From a virus (lineage: Duplodnaviria > Caudoviricetes), in IMG/VR virus record IMGVR_UViG_3300022876_000002: a stretch of 64,000 bases of DNA, one strand, 5' to 3'. How positions within the stretch are numbered: position 1 is the first letter of the stretch; each line of letters starts with the position of its first letter. The notes under the pieces were generated by a model that saw only the letters and a list, made by a program, of their open reading frames with translations, searched no databases and was not told the origin of the DNA. A program made the translations under genes and the position numbers. This document shows, in pieces, positions 19,597-29,576 of the stretch.

Positions 19597-21759
19597 ATGG
19601 CCACGACGACTACTACCAGAGACAGGGACATCATTAGTAAGTCCTTTCGTCTCTTAACACGCGGCGTACAACCAACCGAAGTATTGGACCGGATGGATTG
19701 GGACAAGTACTTTAACGTATTCAGCAGCGCTACGGGTGACAATCGATACGTTAACCCTGTGGCGCAATCTAGCCCTTATACCGACCCACGTTACGGTCGC
19801 TTCATGCAAACCCGTGAAGGCGGTATGGGTTCTGTGTATAAAGAGTCCATTGAAGACAACGTAACCCTTTTAACCATTGTGCCTAGCGTACCGCAGTTTG
19901 CTGGTTTGCTCCAGTTCATTGCGAACATGTTCCGTCCTAGTGCTGCGATCATTGCTAACAAAGGTCGTGCACCAGGCTTGGCGTTTTACATGGCCCAAGC
20001 AGTTACGTCCATCGTGTTTATTCCCATGCAGTTGATTTCTGCTGGGGTACAGTTCCTCAACTTCTTTATGGATAACCCGGTAAACAGCTTCTGGTCTTGT
20101 AAGCCAGCAGTTGGTGCATTTACCATGGCGTCCACAGGGGTACTGAACGACCTGATGTATCGCTTGGGTTATATCGACCCACTGCTGCCTAAACGTGTTC
20201 AGGAACAGAATGACCCGCTGTACGGTCTGAAACCTGACTACGATAATACCAAAGCTATTGCTGACCTGCGTCTGCTGATTCCTGACTCCGTCAACGATGA
20301 CGGGACAGTGGACTTGATGCGTCTGGTAATGAAAGGTACTCGTAAACACCGTGTCATGCTCCGTGAGCTGGCTAAGTTGGATAACGAGACCATCCTTACT
20401 GTGGATCAGAAAGTTGCCCGTAGTCGACAAGTCCTGGAAGAAGTTGAATTCGATGCGGCTACCTGGGACGGTTCGCCTAGCCAGGATTACGTGCAACAGG
20501 AAATGAGCACGGTAGGTCGTTATCGTGAAGGTGAGGAGAACTATGTAGAGCAAGACTCCGCATGGTACAAACAGAAAGCCTATGAATCTACCAATAACCC
20601 AGAATACGGTGTAACTGGTGTCGGTAGCGTGGCTAGCAAAGATGGTCGGTCGTTAGACACCATCATGGGCGAACTTGCTACATCGAGTACTAGTGGTAGT
20701 TTCGGCACTGGTAACCCTAACGAACCAGCGGGGCGTCCTAAACCTGCTACACAACCCAACGTAGGCGCTACTGGCCAACCACAGGTGTTTTATGAAGACA
20801 ACCCTGATGATAGATCATGGGCAGGCGACATATTTGATTTGGCTCGTACTGCTGCCTATGGCGGCATGGACGGGATCACTTGGCGAGTCGATGGTAGCGC
20901 TGGGCCTACAACCGATTCATTCTCCAACTCTAAGGCTCAGTCTCCACTGGCAAGCAAGTTCAACTCCGTCGTAAAAGCGGCGAACGACTTCCGTTTTGAC
21001 ATTGCTGGTGGTGCCACAGGCGTTGATATCATCGACGGTGTGGTCAGCATGATTAAAGAGTCTGCTATCGGTGCGCTGTCCGGTAGTGTGATCGGTAACA
21101 TCCCCTTAGCGCTGACCAACAACTCGTATATCAAGATTGCCGACCACTGGGACGGTTCCACTACCAACCTGCACAAAGAGTCTTACTCGATTTTCTTCAA
21201 CTGTAACTACGCTCACCCGTATGAACAGATCATGAAAATCTGGGTACCGTTTGCTCTGTTCCTGCCGTTGGTGGCTCCGTTCACTACTGGTGGTGGTTCG
21301 TATACCTCGCCGTTCATGTGTAAAGCTTTCTGCCAAGGTCGTTCGATCATTCGTACCGGCATGGTAGAGAACGCTACCTTTACTTGGGGTGCTGGTGAAC
21401 GTGGTTGGACTCGTGATCGTAAGCCACTGAACTTACGTATCGATTTCAGCATCGTAGATCTGGACAACATTATCTCGGTTCCAATCGATCGTTCGATTAG
21501 CCTGCTGGAAGTACCAAACCTCAACGGTATTGCCAACAAGCTGTTCAACGACGACACCGGGTATAACAACTTCCTTGGTCGTGTTACTGGCGTTACGTTC
21601 CTGGACACCTTCCTTAAATACTCGCGTATGAACCGTGGTCTTACTGGCATGGCATTGGATGTGGAAACTAGCATCCGTGCAGACAACATTGCTAGCAAGA
21701 TCTCCGACTCTATCGCTGGTAGCTTCGCAACACTCTTTGCTCGCCCTATGCAGCGTTGA
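19597..21759 (+). CDS. Virion structural protein (tail tip/baseplate), phiKZ gp182-like (720 aa)
   Basis: Directly follows the giant tail gene, as in phiKZ-like phages; function inferred from synteny and size. Confidence 0.6.
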   Translation: MATTTTTRDRDIISKSFRLLTRGVQPTEVLDRMDWDKYFNVFSSATGDNRYVNPVAQSSPYTDPRYGRFMQTREGGMGSVYKESIEDNVTLLTIVPSVPQFAGLLQFIANMFRPSAAIIANKGRAPGLAFYMAQAVTSIVFIPMQLISAGVQFLNFFMDNPVNSFWSCKPAVGAFTMASTGVLNDLMYRLGYIDPLLPKRVQEQNDPLYGLKPDYDNTKAIADLRLLIPDSVNDDGTVDLMRLVMKGTRKHRVMLRELAKLDNETILTVDQKVARSRQVLEEVEFDAATWDGSPSQDYVQQEMSTVGRYREGEENYVEQDSAWYKQKAYESTNNPEYGVTGVGSVASKDGRSLDTIMGELATSSTSGSFGTGNPNEPAGRPKPATQPNVGATGQPQVFYEDNPDDRSWAGDIFDLARTAAYGGMDGITWRVDGSAGPTTDSFSNSKAQSPLASKFNSVVKAANDFRFDIAGGATGVDIIDGVVSMIKESAIGALSGSVIGNIPLALTNNSYIKIADHWDGSTTNLHKESYSIFFNCNYAHPYEQIMKIWVPFALFLPLVAPFTTGGGSYTSPFMCKAFCQGRSIIRTGMVENATFTWGAGERGWTRDRKPLNLRIDFSIVDLDNIISVPIDRSISLLEVPNLNGIANKLFNDDTGYNNFLGRVTGVTFLDTFLKYSRMNRGLTGMALDVETSIRADNIASKISDSIAGSFATLFARPMQR

Positions 21760-21765
21760 CATACA

Positions 21766-21798
21766 CCCTACCCCTAGCCTTAACGGCTAGGGGTAGGG
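21766..21798. terminator. Bidirectional terminator hairpin
   Basis: Perfect 14-bp stem ccctacccctagcc/ggctaggggtaggg between convergent genes. Confidence 0.8.
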
Positions 21799-21809
21799 GT
21801 ATAGGGTTA

Positions 21810-22931
21810 TTAACGAGGGAACTCTGCAGCACCACGGAACTGGGTCCGTAGTTCCACCAAACAACTTACTTCTTGGAACTTACCAGCGGTAGCCAGTAGA
21901 GGGATAATCGGTTGGTAACCACTAAGCAAGGTAACCATGTCCTTACTTACCCGCGTCATGATAGCGAGGTTCTGCGCCATACCAAACTCGGTGTAAGTCA
22001 GCCACCATTGTTGCCCGATGATTTTCTCCAGCACTGCTAACATCTTTTCCAGCAATGCAGGGTAATCTTCAGGGAACACGTCGTCGTCGAACTTGAAGTT
22101 ACTGAACAAAGTAGAAACCAAGTTAGGGTACTTCGACATCAGGATCTTGCTGTTAGCACCCGTGCCACCATCGTCTTCATCCAGTAACTTGAGGACTTCG
22201 GTCATCGACTCGATATCCCCGTTGATGATCATGTACTGGAAAGCTTCCAGTGTGGCATCCCGGCGAGCGAAGCCAAAACCATTCGGATAACTGTTCCAGA
22301 TAGACCGGTAACTACCCGACATACCAAACATGGCAGTGTTGTAGTACAGACTGTTATAAACCGAAGCAGTCACGCTACGGTCTACGAATTCGTCAATACC
22401 AGTTAACTTACCAAGCATGCGCATGGTCTCAGCGCCCATCTTGCCGCGCCAGTTCTTGGTAACCCGAAAGGTTTCCCCGTCACTGGTAATGAGACCACCA
22501 ATGTTCAGCCCAGTGATGCGTTTGAACTCCTGGCTGATATCACCAGCAATCTTGCGCATTGCGCCTTCTGGGCTATTGACTGGATAACCCATACGACGAC
22601 TAGCAGCCGCGAGGATACCATTCTCGTCAAACACCACACCGTCACGACCAACCTTAACTGCTTTGGTTAAGTCCTTGGTGTTGAGCAAACCACCAGACAA
22701 CATACCGACAATACCATCCAGTACGTCTACCACACTGTCACGGTATTCGGTGATCGTCCCTTTAAGCCCGGTGTCACGTGCAGTCTTGGTAGCGATACCA
22801 GTCTGCATGCGGTTTTGTGTAACGTTGTAAGGGGTTAAGTTGTCACCCTTAACCCGCTGCATCGACGTATTGGTGTTTTTCTTAAACGCCGTTAAGTCCG
22901 GTGCTAAGTTAATACCACTAAAAGCATCCAT
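21810..22931 (-). CDS. Hypothetical protein, probable virion component (373 aa)
   Basis: Long ORF with RBS (gggag); in the structural region; no motif recognised. Confidence 0.6.
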   Translation of the reverse strand: MDAFSGINLAPDLTAFKKNTNTSMQRVKGDNLTPYNVTQNRMQTGIATKTARDTGLKGTITEYRDSVVDVLDGIVGMLSGGLLNTKDLTKAVKVGRDGVVFDENGILAAASRRMGYPVNSPEGAMRKIAGDISQEFKRITGLNIGGLITSDGETFRVTKNWRGKMGAETMRMLGKLTGIDEFVDRSVTASVYNSLYYNTAMFGMSGSYRSIWNSYPNGFGFARRDATLEAFQYMIINGDIESMTEVLKLLDEDDGGTGANSKILMSKYPNLVSTLFSNFKFDDDVFPEDYPALLEKMLAVLEKIIGQQWWLTYTEFGMAQNLAIMTRVSKDMVTLLSGYQPIIPLLATAGKFQEVSCLVELRTQFRGAAEFPR

Positions 22932-22944
22932 TAATAAACTCCCG

Positions 22945-23001
22945 AAAACAAAAAATAAAAGAAGGTAAGGAGATTAAGGGACTTGGTCCCCTAACCTCCC
23001 C
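22945..23001 (-). terminator. Probable intrinsic terminator
   Basis: Imperfect GC stem at 22967-23001 followed on the minus strand by a long T tract. Confidence 0.5.
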
Positions 23002-23005
23002 TCCA

Positions 23006-23458
23006 TCATTTCTTTTGTTTCTCTGCGTCTTTGGCTAGCTTCTCGTTGATCTGTTCTTTCCGATCACGACTAACCATTCTGATCTTGTCTGAAACCCTTA
23101 TGATGTTTCCGTGTATATCCTTAGCGGTAACTTCGATCTCACACTCTTCAATTTCCAGAATCGACAAACCCTCCAAGAACTTACCAAAGCTCAAGTTGGG
23201 TTTGTGGAAATAAGTATCCCGAATATTGCCAGTACGAGTCTGCCTCTCGTCCTTGGCTTTTTCGGGATCTGGATTCGTTACGATCCAATCCAAGTAACGA
23301 CCCAAATAGTTGGACCACTTAAATGGATTCATTTCAAGCTTGTTAAGGATCCGCCTATACAACCTGGCCGGTGGATCCTCTAGCTTTTCGTCTGGAACAA
23401 ACTTCTTTGATATGCGATCAAGTCGGTTAGCTGGAATGTCATCTTTCTGCTTTGTCAT
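23006..23458 (-). CDS. Conserved hypothetical protein (150 aa)
   Basis: gaggagg RBS; overlaps the end of the upstream gene. Confidence 0.7.
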   Translation of the reverse strand: MTKQKDDIPANRLDRISKKFVPDEKLEDPPARLYRRILNKLEMNPFKWSNYLGRYLDWIVTNPDPEKAKDERQTRTGNIRDTYFHKPNLSFGKFLEGLSILEIEECEIEVTAKDIHGNIIRVSDKIRMVSRDRKEQINEKLAKDAEKQKK

Positions 23459-24053
23459 TTAACCTCCTCAACTGGGAGTCTATCGCTACTTGCACGATAG
23501 TAATAAAGTCATCAAGTACTAAACGGAAGTAACTCGAGTTAAAGAACTCCAACGTTGGACCAGTGATCACTGTACGGTGTTCTTTAAACGTGTCGCCTTC
23601 CTGCTCGTTTATCGGGTTTTCTAAACAGTATAATTGCAACAACTGCAAGAACCCCCAAATGAAATGCATTGCGGAATCAGAGTTACTATACCAAGCCAGG
23701 AAGTCGGTCTCTTTACTGGAGACATGGAATTCCTTAAAGAACGGATCAAACTTAAAGTGATGCTTTTCTTCTAGTGCGTAAACGAACGCCAGGGCGTCTC
23801 TCGCGGTCTTTGTATGGGCAGTAATACCTAAGGTCATAAACCAGTCGAAGTCTTCACAGATCGCAATTGGCGCACCGACCAGGCAATCGTATAGACCATG
23901 GATCATCTGGTCAAATTTAACTGTGGGTTTGTTAACCCGCTTTTCAAAGTTGGCTAGATACTCCATCAACGAATTGTAGTAATCGATCTGCACACGTTTG
24001 CCGACAAACGGCAGGTTACCAAGCATTTTGAATTTGAGCAGCGCTAAGTTCAT
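23439..24053 (-). CDS. Conserved hypothetical protein (204 aa)
   Basis: aagga RBS; first gene after a perfect TATATTAC promoter. Confidence 0.7.
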   Translation of the reverse strand: MNLALLKFKMLGNLPFVGKRVQIDYYNSLMEYLANFEKRVNKPTVKFDQMIHGLYDCLVGAPIAICEDFDWFMTLGITAHTKTARDALAFVYALEEKHHFKFDPFFKEFHVSSKETDFLAWYSNSDSAMHFIWGFLQLLQLYCLENPINEQEGDTFKEHRTVITGPTLEFFNSSYFRLVLDDFITIVQVAIDSQLRRLNDKAER

Positions 24054-24081
24054 AACGAATCCTTTGTACCTTACTAGCCTG

Positions 24082-24089
24082 GTAATATA
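24082..24089 (-). promoter_or_regulatory. Early promoter TATATTAC
   Basis: Exact phiKZ early consensus on the minus strand (ttttaaaccTATATTAC), intergenic, about 30 nt upstream of ATG 24053. Confidence 0.75.
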
Positions 24090-24102
24090 GGTTTAAAAAA
24101 TT

Positions 24103-24630
24103 ATGGAAAGTCCATTTGTCTTAGAGTCCGATGAATCGGCGACCCCATTCGTCGACAAGAAACGTAAAATAGATGACGAGAACCTTAACGAGGTTTTGGC
24201 TCTATTACAACAAACTTTAACCCCTACCGAAGAAGACCAAGAACAAGTCAGCTTCGTTACGGCACTGCAAAAGAATCGCCAGTTCTTGCTCCAGTACGCT
24301 ATGAAAGCCTACATGGAAAAACCAGGTAGCGCTAGTCTGCTGGAAGGTGTTACGTCGTTGCTTGCTCATATGGAGAAAGCAATCCGTGATGACCGTAAGG
24401 AGCGGATGAAGAAACAAGAGAACCAAGACAACAAGCTGTCGTTCAATCAGATGCTTGAAGCTATGTCGATGATTAAGACTGGGGCTATCCAGATCCCAGT
24501 ATTCGACGTAAGTAGCTTTATGCTGGACCCTAGCGTGTCGCTGACTGATGGGTTGGATGTCAAGCCCATCAATGAAGCCGAGCTGGTACAGGGTAACCAG
24601 ATTATCAGTATCGACGGCACACCCGTTTAA
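24103..24630 (+). CDS. Conserved hypothetical protein (175 aa)
   Basis: Helical ORF ending at a perfect palindromic terminator. Confidence 0.7.
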   Translation: MESPFVLESDESATPFVDKKRKIDDENLNEVLALLQQTLTPTEEDQEQVSFVTALQKNRQFLLQYAMKAYMEKPGSASLLEGVTSLLAHMEKAIRDDRKERMKKQENQDNKLSFNQMLEAMSMIKTGAIQIPVFDVSSFMLDPSVSLTDGLDVKPINEAELVQGNQIISIDGTPV

Positions 24631-24643
24631 AATAGACTATAAG

Positions 24644-24671
24644 CCCTACTGCACCCTAGGGTGCAGTAGGG
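24644..24671. terminator. Bidirectional terminator palindrome
   Basis: ccctactgcaccc-ta-gggtgcagtaggg between convergent genes. Confidence 0.8.
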
Positions 24672-24690
24672 TATAGGAATTATTCCGCCT

Positions 24691-25428
24691 TTACTCATAG
24701 TCGTAGAGACTATGTTCAATAGGCAGTAACTTGATAGCAGGAGCCATCATCAACAGGCTAGCCATCATCCAGTCCTTGTGCGGACCAGCAAAGGTCTCGT
24801 TAGGACGTACCAATACATCAGGAATAACGAAGTTGGTTTCAGGGATTGGATTCCCCATGAACGTTTCAGACAGTGCAGTAAACGACTCATCCAACAACAG
24901 GTTGTAGCGGAACACGTAGTTGTACTGGCCATAGAACTTGGCATCGTGTGCACTAGGATCGGAATAGATCGCTTGTACCTTAACCAGGCCCTTCAGACCA
25001 TAACGAATACACTCGACTAGTTCGGCAGTTTGCTCTGCATCGAACTGGTACGGGAAAGTGTTTACATACAGACGGACTTCCTTGATGTCCATCGGCTTGT
25101 CAGTCAGACCTTCGATGTCAATGATCCGAGCAATCATGGTCTTGATCAACTTGGTGGGGTAGTACATCCCAGTACCCCAATGCTCCAAGCTACGTTGTGC
25201 GAAAATAGCCTTAAAGCGTTCTTCGTCGATACCGATGTGTGTATAGTTGTAAGTATCGAACTTACGATCGCGGTAGTTACGCTCGATGTACAGAGCCCAC
25301 AACCGATCCCCTTCTGCTTTACGCTGATCAGGATCGGTGATGTGGTCGGTCATCAAGCACTGTAACAGCCCACGACGGTAATCAAAGAACGCTTCTGCGT
25401 CAGCATAGACGTCTAATACACGATTCAT
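24691..25428 (-). CDS. Hypothetical protein, possibly a degenerate HAD-like fold (245 aa)
   Basis: N-terminal VYADAEAFFDYR loosely resembles HAD motif I; the function call is weak. Confidence 0.55.
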   Translation of the reverse strand: MNRVLDVYADAEAFFDYRRGLLQCLMTDHITDPDQRKAEGDRLWALYIERNYRDRKFDTYNYTHIGIDEERFKAIFAQRSLEHWGTGMYYPTKLIKTMIARIIDIEGLTDKPMDIKEVRLYVNTFPYQFDAEQTAELVECIRYGLKGLVKVQAIYSDPSAHDAKFYGQYNYVFRYNLLLDESFTALSETFMGNPIPETNFVIPDVLVRPNETFAGPHKDWMMASLLMMAPAIKLLPIEHSLYDYE

Positions 25429-25436
25429 TTAAACAC

Positions 25437-25961
25437 CTATTGCTGGGCTGGTTGTGACTCAGGACGAATGGAAGCACCGTAAACACGGATAGCCAATAAC
25501 AACGCGTAATCAAACGGTGTCTTACTGGTTTTAGCGTTACTGTTGCTGACCCAGTTCTCGCTTTTACGTAGCTTGGCCGGGATCAGGTTTTCACCGCCAG
25601 GAGAACCAGCCATGATCTGCGACGCCATGTCACAAAACGCAATCATGGTAGAGTCAGCTTCGGTGTTCAACTCGGTCCACACAACCATTTGGAAAGCACG
25701 CCAGTGGTCGCCCACCTTGTTGGATCCTGCGCCTTCGGTACAGTGCTTACAGAACACGTCATAAGCTTTATCAAAGCTGACGAGTGGTGCCAGGAATATC
25801 TGCCGCAGTGAGTCCATGAAACTAACTACGGAAGGGTCGCCCTGGTCCTTGGACCACTCGAAAAACAAACCAGTTACCAGGTTACGCAGGAATGGTAGCC
25901 CTGTCAGGTTCTCTTCTAAGATCACCGGTGCAGGAGCTGGTGGTGGAGCTTGCTCAGCCAT
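25437..25961 (-). CDS. Hypothetical protein (174 aa)
   Basis: Tightly packed in the operon; Pro-rich N-terminus. Confidence 0.65.
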   Translation of the reverse strand: MAEQAPPPAPAPVILEENLTGLPFLRNLVTGLFFEWSKDQGDPSVVSFMDSLRQIFLAPLVSFDKAYDVFCKHCTEGAGSNKVGDHWRAFQMVVWTELNTEADSTMIAFCDMASQIMAGSPGGENLIPAKLRKSENWVSNSNAKTSKTPFDYALLLAIRVYGASIRPESQPAQQ

Positions 25962-25964
25962 AAG

Positions 25965-26648
25965 TTACCCAAGCCTTTTGTTAAAGTTAGAGTCCAAGTG
26001 CCGCCCACGGAAAAGATGGTAGACCGAAGACAATACCTTGGCGATTGTGCCACGCTGCAAGCTAGCGTTGGTGTTGGTCTTACCAGTGGTCAACAGTTCG
26101 TTCTTGTAATGCTTCAACGCATCCAAGTCACCGCCCTTAACGTTGTACAGTTCGTTAGCCATGATATCCAACCCCAAGTTACGGAGTACGGTAATCTCTG
26201 GCTGACTGATACCAGTAGAACGGGAATCACCCATTACCTGACCGGTGAGGTCGTCGATGCTGTAATCGTTCGCGGCAGCACCAAACTTGGTAACCTGCAT
26301 CTGACGTTGCTTACGGAAACGTACCAGACCAGTAATAGCCGTGTGTGGAGTCATCGACTTGATGCCGGTGTCTGCGTCGTAAACGATCAACTGCTGTTCG
26401 ATAATCACACCGTATTGCTTGGACAACCGCAAGATACGTTCGTATTCGATCATTTCTTTACGGTTCCAGTTAGAAACCCAGATGCTCAGAGGCATGCCCT
26501 GTTCCATCTTTACTACAAGGGCTTCTAACTGTTCGTTGTTGAGGGCTTTAAACAAGCGCTCGTAAATAACCTTGTTACCGCCACCCTTGGTTACTTCGCC
26601 CATGAAGTCTAGCACGTAGGCTTCAAAGGCCTTGCGGTTACTGGCCAT
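25965..26648 (-). CDS. Virion RNA polymerase beta C-terminal subunit, phiKZ gp149-like (227 aa)
   Basis: LTGQVMGDSRSTGISQPEITVL corresponds to RpoB TQQP..GGQRFGEME; ELYNVKGGD corresponds to EMLTVKSDD. Confidence 0.85.
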   Translation of the reverse strand: MASNRKAFEAYVLDFMGEVTKGGGNKVIYERLFKALNNEQLEALVVKMEQGMPLSIWVSNWNRKEMIEYERILRLSKQYGVIIEQQLIVYDADTGIKSMTPHTAITGLVRFRKQRQMQVTKFGAAANDYSIDDLTGQVMGDSRSTGISQPEITVLRNLGLDIMANELYNVKGGDLDALKHYKNELLTTGKTNTNASLQRGTIAKVLSSVYHLFRGRHLDSNFNKRLG

Positions 26649-27019
26649 TATTGCTTTCTCCGGTAACCGTAGGTAGTGATGGTTTTGTGTGCGTTACCCA
26701 TTGCTTCTTTGGCAACGTTGATATACGGATCGCTTACGGTGTTGGTCAGTACCAGGAGCTCGTCGAACAGACCGGAAATGTTTTCCAGGTTTTGACCGAA
26801 CACAGTTTTGTTCTTGTCATCCACTGGCAGAGCACTAACGGTTTCATCCAACGCACTGATACCGTACTTACCGCTTACAGTCATCAGCGTATAAGCGGAC
26901 TGTCGATCGGACAACACCTTGTGCAGGCGAACGATATAGTCGTCCACGTTTTCGCACAGACTACAGAAGTTGCTATCAGCAACCACCAGGATTACGTTAC
27001 TACTTTGGACAGGTGTCAT
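26648..27019 (-). CDS. Small protein, possibly a degenerate SLOG/DUF2493-like Rossmannoid (123 aa)
   Basis: Strand/helix pattern VILVVADS...LMTVSGKYG...FDELLVL resembles DUF2493 by eye; TAATG-coupled to the next gene. Confidence 0.55.
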   Translation of the reverse strand: MTPVQSSNVILVVADSNFCSLCENVDDYIVRLHKVLSDRQSAYTLMTVSGKYGISALDETVSALPVDDKNKTVFGQNLENISGLFDELLVLTNTVSDPYINVAKEAMGNAHKTITTYGYRRKQ

Positions 27020-27045
27020 CCTAAACCCCCAAACAAAAATAAAAG

Positions 27046-27084
27046 TATAGTAGGGACCCGGTAAATAAACACGGATCCCCCTAT
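27046..27084 (-). terminator. Possible terminator after uvsX
   Basis: Imperfect stem tatag-tagggacccg/cggatcccc-ctata followed by a T-rich run on the minus strand. Confidence 0.4.
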
Positions 27085-27096
27085 AAAAGGTCCGCC

Positions 27097-28575
27097 TTAC
27101 TTGATCCAGTAAGGCTTACGCTCACCGATTGCAATTTTCAGCAGCTCCATAGTGGACAAGGAGTGCTTCTTAATACGTGGGTTGGTGTGCCAGTAATCTA
27201 CGGTGTTTTCCAGGATGTCATTCCAGTCGTAGCCTTGCTCTTTGATTTTTTCGTAGAGCTCTTTAGGCGTGATCCGGTATTTCTTATCCAGGTCCAACCA
27301 GATCTGTTGCATGTGTGCCATCTGGTAGCAGATGGTCAGTGCACGATACAACTTGGCGTCAGACAAGGTCTTATCCCAAATAGTAGTACGACCTACTTTA
27401 AGTTCAGGATACAGTACGTTCCAGTGGCTGATTGCACTACCCTCAAAACCCCACATCTTCGAGGTCTTGCAGGCGTGGTACATAGTCAGACCAATTTGTA
27501 CTCCGAGGCTTTGAGAGCCAATAAAGAAAAAGTCGCCACCAGAAAGGCCACTCTTATTGCGGAATACGTTAAATGGGTAATAAAGAAGATCGGGGTTTTC
27601 TTTTGCATTTGGGTCAAGTTGTACGTCGGGTCCGAATGGATTAGGGTACATCCACTCCTGGTTGTTTTTCATTGCACTACCGCTAACGATACGAATACCG
27701 GTTTGCGGAATACGCAGCATCGAGCGCGGTGCTTTCAGTTTCTTGCCAGGCGAGATGAATACAGTTTCTTTCTCTTGTGGCCGACCACTCATGTTGATCA
27801 CGTCGGTGATCTGAGCAGTCCACCATTGCAGCATACCGATTTCGCCACCGAGGTTGTCTGCGTCTTCATACACGATCCGACGCATGTTACCGATCTGCAT
27901 GTCACGGGTACGCTTCTCGCCACCTTCGTCCACGTCACCTTCTTGGAAGTGAGCCGACACTTTGTGGAAAGGCATCTCCGAGATCGAGTCGACGAACGAC
28001 ATGATCGGTGTGATGTGTTGCAGTGGCTTACCGTCGTTACCCAGGTAAGGCAGGTCCATGTAGATACCTGGCTTCTTAGCCTTGATATCTGCCTTAACCA
28101 TGGCATTCAGGTCTTTGAACAGATGGTGTACCCAGGTACCGTCAACACCAGCAATGGTGCCCATCAGTGCAGGGTTCTTGAACGGGTTGGCGTTGGTGTC
28201 GTTCTTGTTGAAATAGAAGAAGCGTTTGTTGAACACTTCTGCCATGAACTCACCAGGCACCCCACTGTGTCGGTCGTAAGCTTTCGCAATACGAGTCATC
28301 TGCAGAGTAGCCTCGATATCCACCACGAATGCAACCGAAGTAGGGATACGCCACAGTACCGCTACAATGTCTTCAATGGTGCTACCGGTTTTCTGCGTGT
28401 TGCTACCACCAGTCTTTGCGTTGTTGTGTACAGCCCCGCCGTTGAGGAAGGTAATCCCGTCTTTACCAACAACGTATTCCCCGTTGATCATGTCGGATAC
28501 AGGGTTTACGTTAAACGCCGGAATAATAGAATCCGACGACTCAACTTCCTCAATAAAGCTAAAAGGGGTGGTCAT
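27097..28575 (-). CDS. uvsX: UvsX/RecA-like recombinase, phiKZ gp152-like (about 492 aa)
   Basis: Start moved to ATG 28575 (MTTPFSF); Walker A variant GGSNTQKT; FVVDIE; Walker B FVDSISE; RNKSG. Confidence 0.82.
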   Translation of the reverse strand: MTTPFSFIEEVESSDSIIPAFNVNPVSDMINGEYVVGKDGITFLNGGAVHNNAKTGGSNTQKTGSTIEDIVAVLWRIPTSVAFVVDIEATLQMTRIAKAYDRHSGVPGEFMAEVFNKRFFYFNKNDTNANPFKNPALMGTIAGVDGTWVHHLFKDLNAMVKADIKAKKPGIYMDLPYLGNDGKPLQHITPIMSFVDSISEMPFHKVSAHFQEGDVDEGGEKRTRDMQIGNMRRIVYEDADNLGGEIGMLQWWTAQITDVINMSGRPQEKETVFISPGKKLKAPRSMLRIPQTGIRIVSGSAMKNNQEWMYPNPFGPDVQLDPNAKENPDLLYYPFNVFRNKSGLSGGDFFFIGSQSLGVQIGLTMYHACKTSKMWGFEGSAISHWNVLYPELKVGRTTIWDKTLSDAKLYRALTICYQMAHMQQIWLDLDKKYRITPKELYEKIKEQGYDWNDILENTVDYWHTNPRIKKHSLSTMELLKIAIGERKPYWIK

Positions 28576-28656
28576 ACTACGATCATCCTGTATTTTATGA
28601 AAATTCCACAGAAGGGCAATTTGCCCTACCCGACATATACCTATTAAGAGGTAGTT

Positions 28657-29523
28657 ATGAAACAATCCGCCATGGGTAAGGCTAATCCCATCGTTACTGA
28701 CTTCACCGCAGCCGAACGAGCCGAACTGATCGTTGCAGTAAAGTATCCAAATCAAGTAGCATTGGCTGGCTTTGAAGCCCTCGGTATTGGTGAACGCTTC
28801 GGTCTGTTTTTCAAAGAGGTCTCGACTGCCATCGACAAACGTATGGCGGTGCTGGCTAAAAGCATCCACACGGTTGATTTCGCACCAACCCAGAAACACC
28901 TGGAACGTAACGAAATCCTCTTCGTTAAAAACACCCACATCGAGCTCCTGGCCCCGATCAACTACCACCCGGGCCTGGGCAACATGATGGCTCACACCAA
29001 GGCTGTTGTCGATGGTGTGTATATCATCAGTAGCCTCAAAACAGAAGCATCGAGACTATATGATTGGTTAAAACAGATCCTCACCAAAGGCCGTATGGAC
29101 ACTGATTTCAAGTGGACAATTGGTGAGTTTGGTATGGCTGTAAACCGGTCGGAAGAGTTCATCAAGAACCTGCCAGAGACCGGTCGTAACCTCAATTACA
29201 ACATGGGTCAGCTCTACGTCAGCTACGACGAAATCTGGAGCTGCATGAACACGTACAACCAGTCTGTGCGTACCATGGGTGCTCGTGACGCTGAGATCAC
29301 CGCTAAGGTCCTCAGCGACGTTTACGACTTGGGTCGTATCCTGGTGCAGAAAATCCATGCCAACGACATCATGTTTGATCAGAAGGCTGTAGACGACATC
29401 GAAGCTATCGTCAACAAGTTTGCTGAGCTTACTAACGTAGCTGGCGTGATGATGGTCCTGCTCAACGAACTGACTGCTGTGTTCAACTCGCAGCTGAAAA
29501 CGTTGCAAGGACTTAAGTACTAA
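28657..29523 (+). CDS. Virion structural protein, phiKZ gp153-like (288 aa)
   Basis: gaggt RBS; divergent from uvsX as in phiKZ-like phages; A/G-x-E site (GFE) near the N-terminus. Confidence 0.55.
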   Translation: MKQSAMGKANPIVTDFTAAERAELIVAVKYPNQVALAGFEALGIGERFGLFFKEVSTAIDKRMAVLAKSIHTVDFAPTQKHLERNEILFVKNTHIELLAPINYHPGLGNMMAHTKAVVDGVYIISSLKTEASRLYDWLKQILTKGRMDTDFKWTIGEFGMAVNRSEEFIKNLPETGRNLNYNMGQLYVSYDEIWSCMNTYNQSVRTMGARDAEITAKVLSDVYDLGRILVQKIHANDIMFDQKAVDDIEAIVNKFAELTNVAGVMMVLLNELTAVFNSQLKTLQGLKY

Positions 29524-29530
29524 GCAACTA

Positions 29531-29573
29531 TAACCCCCTACCCCAGTCCACTAAGGGCCGGGGTAGGGGGTTA
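29531..29573. terminator. Bidirectional terminator hairpin
   Basis: taaccccctacccc...ggggtagggggtta between convergent genes. Confidence 0.8.
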
Positions 29574-29576
29574 TGC

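Noticed and set aside
28576-28995. 140-aa N-terminal extension of the uvsX ORF in the track
   Set aside because: Overlaps the divergent 28657 gene on the opposite strand; the RecA-like sequence begins at MTTPFSF (28575)
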